A stretch of DNA of 64,000 nucleotides, taken from NCBI GenBank assembly GCA_038884755.1, contig JAWABJ010000001.1:493947-557946 (forward strand), given 5' to 3'. Below, in pieces: positions 46,771 through 55,027 of the stretch. Positions within the stretch are counted from its first letter, which is position 1, and every line of letters begins with the position of its first letter. The notes under the pieces were generated by a model, which had not been told where the DNA came from, did not search any database, and saw only the letters and a list, made by a program, of their open reading frames with translations. Position numbers and translations under genes: made by a program. This stretch comes from Candidatus Norongarragalinales archaeon. GTDB taxonomy: Archaea > Micrarchaeota > Micrarchaeia > Norongarragalinales > Norongarragalinaceae.

Positions 46771-47269
46771 CCTTTCCCGCCCTCTCTTTAAAACCGTTTA
46801 TTTTTACGTAAAACACTGCGTTCCCGCGCTCGTCATTAAAACTAACGCCTTTCGAGCTTAAAACCATTTTCAGCCCTATGCCCTTGCCCCGGCCGCTTTC
46901 GAAACCCGACAGTTCGAGAATCTTTTCCCCCTGCGGGTCTTGCGCCTCCGCTTGCGCGACTGCGCCTACGCGTTCGTTTTCCCCCTTCAAAACCTGAAAC
47001 CCGCCCAAAAGCACTTCGGGGTAAAGCCACCCTCCCTCGACGTCCAGGAAATTAAGCGAGTAGGGGCTGCCGTGCTTTTCGTAAACGAAAACCGCCCGCG
47101 AAAAGCCTTTTTCCTGCATGCGCGACGCTATCTCGACAACGCTGCGTTTTCCGCGGTTTTCGTACTCCCCGCCGAACAAGCGGGCGAGCCACTTCGCCAG
47201 AGTACGCGTCTGCTGCGTGGGCTTTCGGGATGTGGAAACGTACAACATTTGGTGAATCAGCTCTTTCAC
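46760..47269 (-). CDS. Brix-domain ribosome-biogenesis protein (archaeal Imp4/Brix family)
   Basis: Characteristic N-terminus LYVSTSRKPTQQTRTLAKWLARL; true start may be the internal Met (about 47248). Confidence 0.65.
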   Translation of the reverse strand: MKELIHQMLYVSTSRKPTQQTRTLAKWLARLFGGEYENRGKRSVVEIASRMQEKGFSRAVFVYEKHGSPYSLNFLDVEGGWLYPEVLLGGFQVLKGENERVGAVAQAEAQDPQGEKILELSGFESGRGKGIGLKMVLSSKGVSFNDERGNAVFYVKINGFKERAGKVEG

Positions 47270-48141
47270 TTTTTTCTAGGTTTTTTCTTTCTCAAGCCTA
47301 AAAAACATTCAAGGTCTTCCCTGACTTTCTTTATTTTAAGGTAGTTTTCAAGCCTTATGGTTTGAGTGCGGTATTTCACGAACTTTGGGAATTTCAGCAG
47401 CTCGGCTCCCGAAACAGGGTGTGTGGCAAACTCTTGCTTGTCAACCAAACCTTTCGTCTTCAGCCAGTCGTGCAAACGCCAGGCCGTAGTCCTAGGAATT
47501 ATCGTTGGGTCGTCCAATTCTTCAAAAAAAACGTGGTTTGCATGCCCAAGGTGTGAAAGCCACTTTTCGAACGCGGGCTTGTCCAAGGGCATTTCACTTC
47601 CCTCAGGCCCAACGACAGTCTTAGGCACGTAATTGTGCACTTTCGAACCCGCTTGCACTAATACTGAAGGAAAGCCCTTGTCAAAATGCGCGTCGAGAGC
47701 CTGTTTGAAATTCAAGCCGAAAATCCGTTCGGCTTCGCCGCGGGTGTAAAAGTTTTCCTTCAAGAACTCTTCCAACTCCCTTCGCGCTTTTATTTTTTCT
47801 ACTATGCTTTCGTGCACGAACTTGTTTTTCTTCGAGCGAACTATAGCAACTTTAGCGGCTTTTCTTTGAGACTCAGTCATGTCTCGCGCGGGATCTTGAA
47901 AGTCGGTTCCTGAACGCCTTTCAAACTCAGGATAAATTCCCTTTTCAAGCTGGCTTGAAAGCATTTTCATTCCACCTTGCAAGCCCGCCCTTTGGGCTGC
48001 TTCGCTTAGGGTAATCCATTCGTCGTCCGGTTTTTCACGAAGTTCGGCTCTTATCTTTGCAGCCTTTTCTTCTGCAGGTGCTTTAGCCCGCGCGTGCAAT
48101 ACTGCGAACTTCCTGCCTAAACGCAAAGGAATTGAAAACAC
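47266..48141 (-). CDS. Hypothetical protein (291 aa), basic C-terminal tail
   Basis: No recognisable motif; lies between the Brix gene and tRNA-Ser(UGA); co-oriented with the pfdB-pcc1-brix string. Confidence 0.5.
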   Translation of the reverse strand: MFSIPLRLGRKFAVLHARAKAPAEEKAAKIRAELREKPDDEWITLSEAAQRAGLQGGMKMLSSQLEKGIYPEFERRSGTDFQDPARDMTESQRKAAKVAIVRSKKNKFVHESIVEKIKARRELEEFLKENFYTRGEAERIFGLNFKQALDAHFDKGFPSVLVQAGSKVHNYVPKTVVGPEGSEMPLDKPAFEKWLSHLGHANHVFFEELDDPTIIPRTTAWRLHDWLKTKGLVDKQEFATHPVSGAELLKFPKFVKYRTQTIRLENYLKIKKVREDLECFLGLRKKKPRKK

Positions 48142-48174
48142 TGCAAAAACACCGTACGATTGAATTTTTCAAAG

Positions 48175-48372
48175 CGCCGGAGGAGAGATTCGAACTCCCG
48201 AGTCCTTGCGGACACTGGTTACCTTTCCCTGCCTTGCCTTTCTTTTTGTAAAAAGAAAGGCGGAGGCACCGCGAAAGAAAAACACTAGGTTTCTTTTCGG
48301 TCGCCTGCATTTTCTTTGCCAAAGAAAAGGCGGGCTTCAAGACCAGCGCGATAACCACTCTGCCACTCCGGC
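48175..48372 (-). tRNA. tRNA-Ser (anticodon UGA), type II, with an unusually long ~115-nt intron at 37/38 (plus-strand coordinates 48221-48335)
   Basis: On the minus strand: acceptor GCCGGAG/CTCCGGC, D-arm GCA-GAGTGGTTAT-CGC (one A.C mismatch), anticodon stem CTGGT/ACCAG, loop C-T-TGA-A + intron + A, 15-nt variable hairpin TGTCCGCAAGGACTC, T-arm GGGAG-TTCGAAT-CTCTC, discriminator G. Mature length about 83 nt. Confidence 0.7.
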
Positions 48373-48420
48373 TTTGCAACAAAATAATGCCAGAGGGAAT
48401 TAATAGGCGTTTTCGAAAGC

Positions 48421-50085
48421 TCAAAACTCGCGCGAAGCGAAAATGCGCCCTACGAGAACCAGCCCGAACAAAACGGCTATTGACAGTCCGGCAAGCCCTA
48501 ACGCTGAGTAGCCCCAAAGCAATGGCGGGATTTGCGCGGCGACCAGCAGCGAGCTTGCGACTATGAGCGCGGCAACGATGAGCGAAAGCGAAACTTTGTT
48601 TATCGTCCGGTCCAGCTCGGAGATAGGCTCGTGCAAGCCGTAGTGCTGGATGTTCAGGCTTAGGTTTCCCTGTTCAGCCCTTCCCAACACGCCGGAAAAC
48701 TGTACGGGAATCTTGGAGGCTGCTTCGGCAATCTCGTTCAAGCTCGACCACGATTTTTTCAGCACGGTCAAAGGCTTTTTCCGCTCTTCAACCAGCCCTT
48801 TCACGACGGGCTTCGCCACCTCGATGGTGTTGAACTGGGGGTAGAGCTTGCGTCCTATGCCTTCGAGCGTCACGAGCATGCGCATCAAAAGCATGCTCTT
48901 GGGATGCATGCGCACTTTGTACTCGCGCACGATGTCAGTCAAATCGCGTATGACCTCATCCAAGTGCATTTGCGAAATGGGGACGTTGTAATATTGTTCT
49001 ATGACTTCGCCCAAGTCTTCCCTGAACGCGGAAACGTCGGCGTCTTTGGGTAACGCACCTACTCCCATGAAATAATCAACAAGTTTTTCAGTGTCTTTCT
49101 CGATGAGGGAAATGAAAAAGTCGGTGGTGGTCTCGCGCGTTTTCGAGTCGATGAAGCCCATCATGCCGAAATCGACTACGCCTATCCCGTCGTTTTTCAT
49201 CACTATTATGTTGCCGTAGTGCGGGTCGGCTTGGAAAAACCCGTGCACCAAAACCTGCTTTACGAGCGAGCGCGCTCCCGCCTCCACGATTTTTTTCCTC
49301 CTCTGCAGGGGGTAAGGCTGGATTTGCAGGAGCTTGACGCCCTCGATGTGCTCTTCAACCAAAACACGGCGGGTGCAGTATTCCGGGTAAACCAAGGGGG
49401 CGTAAACTTCACCGTCTCCCTCGAAATTCTTCCGGAATTTTATCGCGTTGCGCATTTCGTGGAGGAAGTCAAGCTCGCGGCGCAGGTTTTTGGCGAAGTC
49501 CTGTACTATTTCGGTTGGGGTGTAAAAGCGGGATTCGGGAAAGTTGCTTTCCAGGAATCCGGCCAAGTCAAGCAGGACTTGCAAGTCGGACTCTATTTTC
49601 ACGGTTATGTTGGGGCGCTGGACTTTGATTACCACGCGCTTGCCGTTGTGCAACGTGGCTTTATGCACTTGGGCTATGCTTGCGGAAGCAAGAGGTTTTT
49701 CTTCAATGTGCTTGAAGATTTTCGAGTAATCGCCGTACTCTTCGCGCAGAACGCTTTTCACGGTTGCAAAAGAAACCGGATTTACCTCGTCCACGAGCTT
49801 TTCCAGCTCGCGAATGACGTCCGGAGGGAAAAAGTCGGTGCGAGTTGCAAGCAACTGCCCCAGCTTTACGAAAGTAGGGCCCAAGTCTTCCAAAGCCCGT
49901 CTCAAGCGTATTCCAACAGGCGTTTTCTGCCTCGGGGGGAAAAAGCGAAGCGCCAATTCCCGCAACGGGCCTTTTTGTTGGGCTGAGGCGATGAACTCGT
50001 CAAAACCGTGGGAGGCGAAAACACCCGCGATTTCCCTTACTCTCCGAAAGTTCTTGTACTCCCTGGAAAACGGAATTTCGACCAT
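48421..50085 (-). CDS. ABC1/UbiB-family atypical protein kinase with C-terminal TM helices
   Basis: ABC1/ADCK signature region (VIKVQRPN...FFQADPHYGNI...DFGMMG) and C-terminal hydrophobic segment. Confidence 0.8.
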   Translation of the reverse strand: MVEIPFSREYKNFRRVREIAGVFASHGFDEFIASAQQKGPLRELALRFFPPRQKTPVGIRLRRALEDLGPTFVKLGQLLATRTDFFPPDVIRELEKLVDEVNPVSFATVKSVLREEYGDYSKIFKHIEEKPLASASIAQVHKATLHNGKRVVIKVQRPNITVKIESDLQVLLDLAGFLESNFPESRFYTPTEIVQDFAKNLRRELDFLHEMRNAIKFRKNFEGDGEVYAPLVYPEYCTRRVLVEEHIEGVKLLQIQPYPLQRRKKIVEAGARSLVKQVLVHGFFQADPHYGNIIVMKNDGIGVVDFGMMGFIDSKTRETTTDFFISLIEKDTEKLVDYFMGVGALPKDADVSAFREDLGEVIEQYYNVPISQMHLDEVIRDLTDIVREYKVRMHPKSMLLMRMLVTLEGIGRKLYPQFNTIEVAKPVVKGLVEERKKPLTVLKKSWSSLNEIAEAASKIPVQFSGVLGRAEQGNLSLNIQHYGLHEPISELDRTINKVSLSLIVAALIVASSLLVAAQIPPLLWGYSALGLAGLSIAVLFGLVLVGRIFASREF

Positions 50086-50133
50086 AAGGCAGGAATAAGG
50101 AAAAAGGCATAGTTAAAGATTATTGAACTCGCA

Positions 50134-50625
50134 CTATTGGTTTGGGTAGTCTTCGGTTTCGTCGTGCAGGACTTCAAGCAAAACTCCCGCTTTTGCGAAG
50201 TACTCGCGAGTGAGCGCGGCCGCGTGGTATTTCTTTTCGGCGACAACGCGCTTTATTCCCGCGTTGATTATCATTTTCGCGCAGTCCAAGCAAGGCTCCA
50301 TCTTGCAGTACAACGTAGCTCCTTCTATTGACACGCCGTGGCGAGCCGCCTGCACTATGGCGTTTTGTTCGGCGTGAGTAGTGCGAACGCAGTGCTGCTT
50401 GGCATGCCCGTCTTCATCATAAACCGTCTTCATCAAGTGCCCTGATTCATTGCAATGCGGCAAACCCATCGGAGCGCCAACGTATCCTGTTGAAAGGATG
50501 AACTTGTCTTTAACCAAAACAGCAGCTGCTTTTCCCCGGTCGCACGTCGCGCGCGCAGCTGCAGCGTGCGCTATTTGCATGAAGTACTCATCCCAAGACG
50601 GCCTCAAATGTTGAGCTTCAGGCAT
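50134..50625 (-). CDS. dCMP/cytidine deaminase-family zinc enzyme (deoxycytidylate deaminase-like)
   Basis: Zinc motifs HAEQNAI and PCLDCAKMI. Confidence 0.8.
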   Translation of the reverse strand: MPEAQHLRPSWDEYFMQIAHAAAARATCDRGKAAAVLVKDKFILSTGYVGAPMGLPHCNESGHLMKTVYDEDGHAKQHCVRTTHAEQNAIVQAARHGVSIEGATLYCKMEPCLDCAKMIINAGIKRVVAEKKYHAAALTREYFAKAGVLLEVLHDETEDYPNQ

Positions 50626-51182
50626 AGTTTTTCCACCTCTTTTTCTTCTTCTTCAATAGAACCGGACGCGTCTATGGTGTAATCTGCAAGCCGCATGGTT
50701 TCGTTCACGCTGAGCTTTTCGCCGCCCGCATTTTCCTTGTTCTCCAACGCGAGAAACTCTTCGAAAGTCTGCGGGTCTTCTTCCCTGCCCCTCGCTTTCA
50801 TGCGCTCGAAGCGCACTCGCGCAGGCGCGTCTACAGCAACAAGCACAAAGTCCTTTCTTTTCAACAAGGCTTTTGCTTCGGCGGGATTGCGTATTGAAAC
50901 GACGACGTAATTCCTCCCTTCGGGCGTCATGTGCTCAAGCGCCTTTTCCCCCAAAAAACCCGGCCCTTTCTCGTGGCGCAGCTTGTTGCCCAGCTCAATG
51001 AGATTCTCGCGAGTGGGCTCTTTGCCTTGCTTTTCTAATTCCATCCGCAAATAGTCGGACAGGGAATACCTCTCGAAGCCTTTTGAAACTAAATATGCCG
51101 CGGCAGTGTCTTTGCCCGCGCAATTCTGCCCCACCAAGCCGATAATCACAAACCCGCACCTAAACCTTTTTTTGAAAAACAA
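50604..51182 (-). CDS. P-loop nucleotide kinase (dNMP kinase-like), translationally coupled to the deaminase
   Basis: Walker A-like GLVGQNCAGKDT; 22-nt overlap with the downstream deaminase gene. Confidence 0.55.
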   Translation of the reverse strand: MFFKKRFRCGFVIIGLVGQNCAGKDTAAAYLVSKGFERYSLSDYLRMELEKQGKEPTRENLIELGNKLRHEKGPGFLGEKALEHMTPEGRNYVVVSIRNPAEAKALLKRKDFVLVAVDAPARVRFERMKARGREEDPQTFEEFLALENKENAGGEKLSVNETMRLADYTIDASGSIEEEEKEVEKLCLKLNI

Positions 51183-51273
51183 GAAACCCTTTACCCAATC
51201 CGGCTTACAAAATAGGCACTAGGAGGTTTAAAGGCTTTTTTACAGAAAACGAAAAAACAGCAGGGGGGGAAAC

Positions 51274-51579
51274 TCAACCGAGGTTGAGTTCTATGTTGAC
51301 GGAAGGAGGAACGCGTATGCGCATGACTTCGCGCAACACCCTATCGTCGGCCTGGATTTCAATCAAGCGCTTGTGAATGCGCAACTCCCACTTTTCGTAC
51401 GTGTCGCTTCCATCACCACAGGGAGTCTTTCGGGTGGAAATCTTGAGTTTTTTCGTGGGCAAAGGAATCGGCCCGCGGAGTTCAACGCCCGCCTTCTGCG
51501 CAATGTCGCGTATTTGCGCAGACACTGCATCCAAGTCTTGAAACACTTGGCTTTCGAGTTTGATTCGGGCTTTGTTCAT
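51274..51579 (-). CDS. rps10: 30S ribosomal protein S10 (uS10)
   Basis: 101 aa, typical uS10 sequence (ARIKL...LDAV...RGPIPLPTK...TPCGDGSDTYEKWELRIHKRLIEI). Confidence 0.85.
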   Translation of the reverse strand: MNKARIKLESQVFQDLDAVSAQIRDIAQKAGVELRGPIPLPTKKLKISTRKTPCGDGSDTYEKWELRIHKRLIEIQADDRVLREVMRIRVPPSVNIELNLG

Positions 51580-51628
51580 GCGAAACCAACTTTTTTTCTA
51601 AATGCAAAAAAAAATGAGAACCAAAAAT

Positions 51629-51657
51629 CGGGTTCCGGAACGCAACTCAGGAACCCG
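51629..51657. terminator. Stem-loop (CGGGTTCC...GGAACCCG) with flanking oligo-T/A runs between tuf and rps10
   Basis: 8-bp perfect arms; on the gene (minus) strand it is followed by a T9 run (complement of A-run 51605-51613). Possible intrinsic terminator or attenuator inside the tuf-rps10 spacer. Confidence 0.25.
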
Positions 51658-51679
51658 GTTTTTTATTTTCAACGGAAAC

Positions 51680-52948
51680 TCATGCTTTTCTCGGAACCAC
51701 TTCGAGAATCACTCCTGCCGCCACGGTCTGCCCCATGTCGCGGATTGCAAAACGCCCCAGTGCTGGAAAGTCGGAATACTTCTCTGCACATACTGGGCGC
51801 GTGGGCTTGATTTTGACTATCGCGACGTCGCCGGTCTTGATAAAGTCGGGGTTCTTCTGCGCTGTTGCTCCAGTCTTCGGGTCTTTCTTCTCGACGATTT
51901 CAGTAATCGTGCAAGCCAACTGCGCCGTGTGCAAGTGAAACACTGGAGTGTAATTCTTGCCTATCGCAGTGGGGTGGTTCAAAACCACGATTTGAGCGGT
52001 GAATTCGTCCACCACGGTGGGCGGGTTGCTGGAAGGTCCAACGACGCTTCCCCTCTTGATGGCTTTCTTGTCAACGCCCTTCAAAGTAAAGCCTACGTTG
52101 TCGCCTGGAATCGCTTGCGCAATCGACTGGTGGTGCATTTCAATGCTCTTGACTTCGCCCGTAACATTCTCAGGCATGATTATCACGTTTCCGGGCTTGA
52201 GAATGCCTGCTTCAACGCGCCCCACGGGCACGGTTCCCTGGCCGGTGATGGTGAAGACTTCCTGGATGGGCAAGCGCAACGGCTTGTCCGTGGGTTTCTT
52301 GGGTTCGATCAAAGCGTCCAAAGCCTCGAGTATGGTCGGACCGGCGTACCAAGTCATCTTGTCGCTCTTTACTTTGATGTTATCCCCGTTGTAAGCAGAA
52401 TACGGAACAAACGGTATTTTGTCCACGGGATAGCCCATGGGTTTGAGCTTGGCGACTAAAGCCTGCTTAGTTTCCTCGTACTTGACGCGGTCGTAGTTGA
52501 CGGCATCCATCTTATTGATGCCGATTATGAACTGCTGCACCCCAAGCACTTTGAGAAGGAAAGCGTGTTCGATAGTCTGCGCTTGAATGCCTTCCTTCGC
52601 GGAGCATACGAGAACTGCAGCATCCGCCTGCGAAGCGCCGGTAATCATGTTTTTCACAAAGTCTTTGTGTCCAGGAGCGTCGATTATCGTAAAGTAATAC
52701 TTCTGGGTGTGAAAGTCCTTGTGCGCGATGTCAATCGTAACTCCACGCTCGCGCTCTTCCTTCAGCTGGTCCATTACGAAAGCAAACTCAAACGTTGGTT
52801 TGCCGGCTTTCGCAGCCTCTTCCTTAAGCTTGCGCAAGTCGTTTTCGCTGACCGCGCCGGTCTCGTAAAGCAAGCGCCCGACGGTGGTGGATTTTCCGTG
52901 GTCTACATGCCCCGTAAAAATCAAGTTCAAGTGCGGTTTTTCTGCCAT
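51680..52948 (-). CDS. tuf: Translation elongation factor aEF-1 alpha
   Basis: GHVDHGKST, DAPGH, NKMD motifs; start set at ATG (MAEKPHLNLIF), track ORF begins 15 nt upstream at TTG. Confidence 0.9.
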   Translation of the reverse strand: MAEKPHLNLIFTGHVDHGKSTTVGRLLYETGAVSENDLRKLKEEAAKAGKPTFEFAFVMDQLKEERERGVTIDIAHKDFHTQKYYFTIIDAPGHKDFVKNMITGASQADAAVLVCSAKEGIQAQTIEHAFLLKVLGVQQFIIGINKMDAVNYDRVKYEETKQALVAKLKPMGYPVDKIPFVPYSAYNGDNIKVKSDKMTWYAGPTILEALDALIEPKKPTDKPLRLPIQEVFTITGQGTVPVGRVEAGILKPGNVIIMPENVTGEVKSIEMHHQSIAQAIPGDNVGFTLKGVDKKAIKRGSVVGPSSNPPTVVDEFTAQIVVLNHPTAIGKNYTPVFHLHTAQLACTITEIVEKKDPKTGATAQKNPDFIKTGDVAIVKIKPTRPVCAEKYSDFPALGRFAIRDMGQTVAAGVILEVVPRKA

Positions 52949-53135
52949 TATACATCCCTCCAACTAACAAAACTTTTGAACGCTTTTTTTCTTCCCTAAC
53001 CCACATTTCGAATTGAATAAAGGCGTTTAACGCCTGAAAATCCAACGCTCAGAATCAGCCATGTTGAGCCTATCGGCCAATGAAGAATTAATGCCGGGGG
53101 TATTTAAAAAACCTTTCGTCTGGAAACCAGGAGAT

Positions 53136-53624
53136 TCAAGCGACTTCAGTGCCGAAATAGTCGTTCAAAAACTTCGCGCTGCCCTCCCGGTCCTTGAGGT
53201 TTTTCCTCGGGTATTTCACCACCCAAGGCTGGGCTGAAATGTCTTCCAACTGATAGGAAACGGTTTGAACTTTCGCCGGGTCCAAGACCGTATGCTGCTG
53301 TCTTTTTATGAACTCCCTGAATTCGCTAGCGTCGACAAGCAAAAGGTGGGTTTTCGTAACTATCAACAGGTGGTGGGCGGCAGCATTATGCCAAACGCCA
53401 GTCCCCGCTTTCCAAGGGTATTTAGACTTTATTTTAAACGTGATTTGCCCGCTTTCGCCGTAATGCGCCTTGACTTCCAAGCGCTTTTGGTTGGGAAGCA
53501 GGAAGTCGTACCCCATCCCGTCCACGTGCTTGGCTTTCGGAAGAATTCTAGAAACTAACTTCTCCCCGCGCTCGCCAGTAGAACTGATCCTGTTCCTTCG
53601 CTCAAAAACCATGAAAACCCCCAA
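53136..53624 (-). CDS. PD-(D/E)xK nuclease-fold protein (Hjc/Mrr-like motif arrangement)
   Basis: 162 aa; GERGEKLVSRIL ... GYDFLLPNQKRLEVKAH gives E ... D-x(10)-E-x-K spacing like archaeal Hjc-type resolvases/restriction-endonuclease-like enzymes; assignment by motif only. Confidence 0.4.
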   Translation of the reverse strand: MGVFMVFERRNRISSTGERGEKLVSRILPKAKHVDGMGYDFLLPNQKRLEVKAHYGESGQITFKIKSKYPWKAGTGVWHNAAAHHLLIVTKTHLLLVDASEFREFIKRQQHTVLDPAKVQTVSYQLEDISAQPWVVKYPRKNLKDREGSAKFLNDYFGTEVA

Positions 53625-53688
53625 AAGAAATTATGATGGCTAGATTTTAAAAGCAACGAAGAGAAAAATAGTTCTTGGCAAAAAAGCT

Positions 53689-54603
53689 ATGGTGGGCTGT
53701 TTGAAGCAACTGCTCTATTCGTTGGACCCCGAGAATTTCGGCGGACTGCAAGAAAAATACTCAGACTACAAGACAAGCAAAATCGTGGTCGTGCCCATTC
53801 CCTTCGATTCCACAGCCTGCTCTTCGCCAGGCCAGCGCTTCGGGCCCGAATCGATAATAAGCGCCAGCGCCGGACTCGAGCTTTACGACGAAGAAATCGA
53901 CTTTGAAGTTTACAAGGAAGGCATTTGCACTACCGAGCATATGGAGCCGGTGCGCGGAAACGTGGAAGAAAACAACCTGCGCATCAAGAAATCGCTCGAG
54001 GAATTACTGAACGACGGGAAGTTTGTCGTAGCGTTGGGCGGAGACCACAGCATCACGTACGGCGTTTTGAGTGCGTTTAACGAAAAACAAAGCCTCAAGC
54101 CTTTTTCCGTACTGCAGTTGGACGCGCACGCGGATGTTGCTACGGATGCCGAAGGCTCGAAATACACGCACGCTTGCGTAATGCGCCGAGCGAGAGAAGA
54201 GTTTACCGACAACATAGTACAAGTGGGATTGAGAAGCGTTTCAAAGGAAGAAATAGAGTACAACAAGGGAAACGTTTTCCTTGCAATCGATTTGCGCAAG
54301 AACTTCGAAGCAAAAATCCCGGAAATCGTTTCGCGCATCAAATACGACAACGTTTATGTCACGTTTGATGTTGACGCGCTAGACCCTAGCGAAATGCCTT
54401 CGACAGGAACGCCCGAGCCGGGGGGACTGCATTACTACGACGTTCTCGCGCTCTTGCGTGCCGTGTGCGAAAAAAAGAACGTGATAGGGTTCGACTGCGT
54501 GGAATTAATGCCCATTCCGGGCAACGACGCGCCGAACGCCGTTGCGGCAAAAATAGTCTACAAGCTCTTGGGCTACAAGTTCAAATTCATGCGTCAACGA
54601 TAA
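53689..54603 (+). CDS. speB: Agmatinase/arginase (ureohydrolase) family enzyme
   Basis: Metal-binding motifs GGDHSIT, DAHAD, DVDALDP. Confidence 0.8.
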   Translation: MVGCLKQLLYSLDPENFGGLQEKYSDYKTSKIVVVPIPFDSTACSSPGQRFGPESIISASAGLELYDEEIDFEVYKEGICTTEHMEPVRGNVEENNLRIKKSLEELLNDGKFVVALGGDHSITYGVLSAFNEKQSLKPFSVLQLDAHADVATDAEGSKYTHACVMRRAREEFTDNIVQVGLRSVSKEEIEYNKGNVFLAIDLRKNFEAKIPEIVSRIKYDNVYVTFDVDALDPSEMPSTGTPEPGGLHYYDVLALLRAVCEKKNVIGFDCVELMPIPGNDAPNAVAAKIVYKLLGYKFKFMRQR

Positions 54604-54964
54604 CCTTGAAACCGCCGTAAACCATTCGCTTCATATCAAAAGGCATTTCCATATCCTTGTTCTTCGGGTCGTTCATCGCCGGGTCTTTCATTACCTTTGC
54701 ATTGACGGCATCCCGATGGGCGCGGGATTTGTAAACTATGAAAGAAAAAACAACGGTCTCGTTGGGTTTGGCTTTAACCGTGTTTGGAAAACGAATCGAA
54801 GGGTGAAACCCTTTCATTTTTGGGAACAAATCGTCTGCCACGCATTCCTTGTAGTCCAGCGCTCCGTGCTTCCTCCACATTTTTGCGCCCATGCGGGCCA
54901 TCGCCTTGTAAGCTTTAATTTTTTTCTTTGGAACTGGAAGGACATACCCGTCAACGTACACCAT
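54587..54964 (-). CDS. DUF1428-like small protein
   Basis: 125 aa; convergent with and overlapping the 3' end of the agmatinase gene by 17 nt. Confidence 0.45.
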   Translation of the reverse strand: MVYVDGYVLPVPKKKIKAYKAMARMGAKMWRKHGALDYKECVADDLFPKMKGFHPSIRFPNTVKAKPNETVVFSFIVYKSRAHRDAVNAKVMKDPAMNDPKNKDMEMPFDMKRMVYGGFKVIVDA

Positions 54965-55027
54965 TCAAACCCACCTCTAGAGGTTGATTAAACCGAAATT
55001 CATAAGATTGAGCAAGCGTGCGCCTTC

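Noticed and set aside
47266-48372. Integrated mobile element at the tRNA-Ser(UGA) 3' end.
   Set aside because: No integrase, no direct repeat of the tRNA 3' end nearby, and the neighbours are core genes (Brix, Pcc1, prefoldin).
53022-53034. Palindrome GGCGTT-T-AACGCC between the PD-(D/E)xK gene and tuf as a functional terminator.
   Set aside because: Short 6-bp stem without a clear adjacent T-run on the relevant strand; too weak to call.
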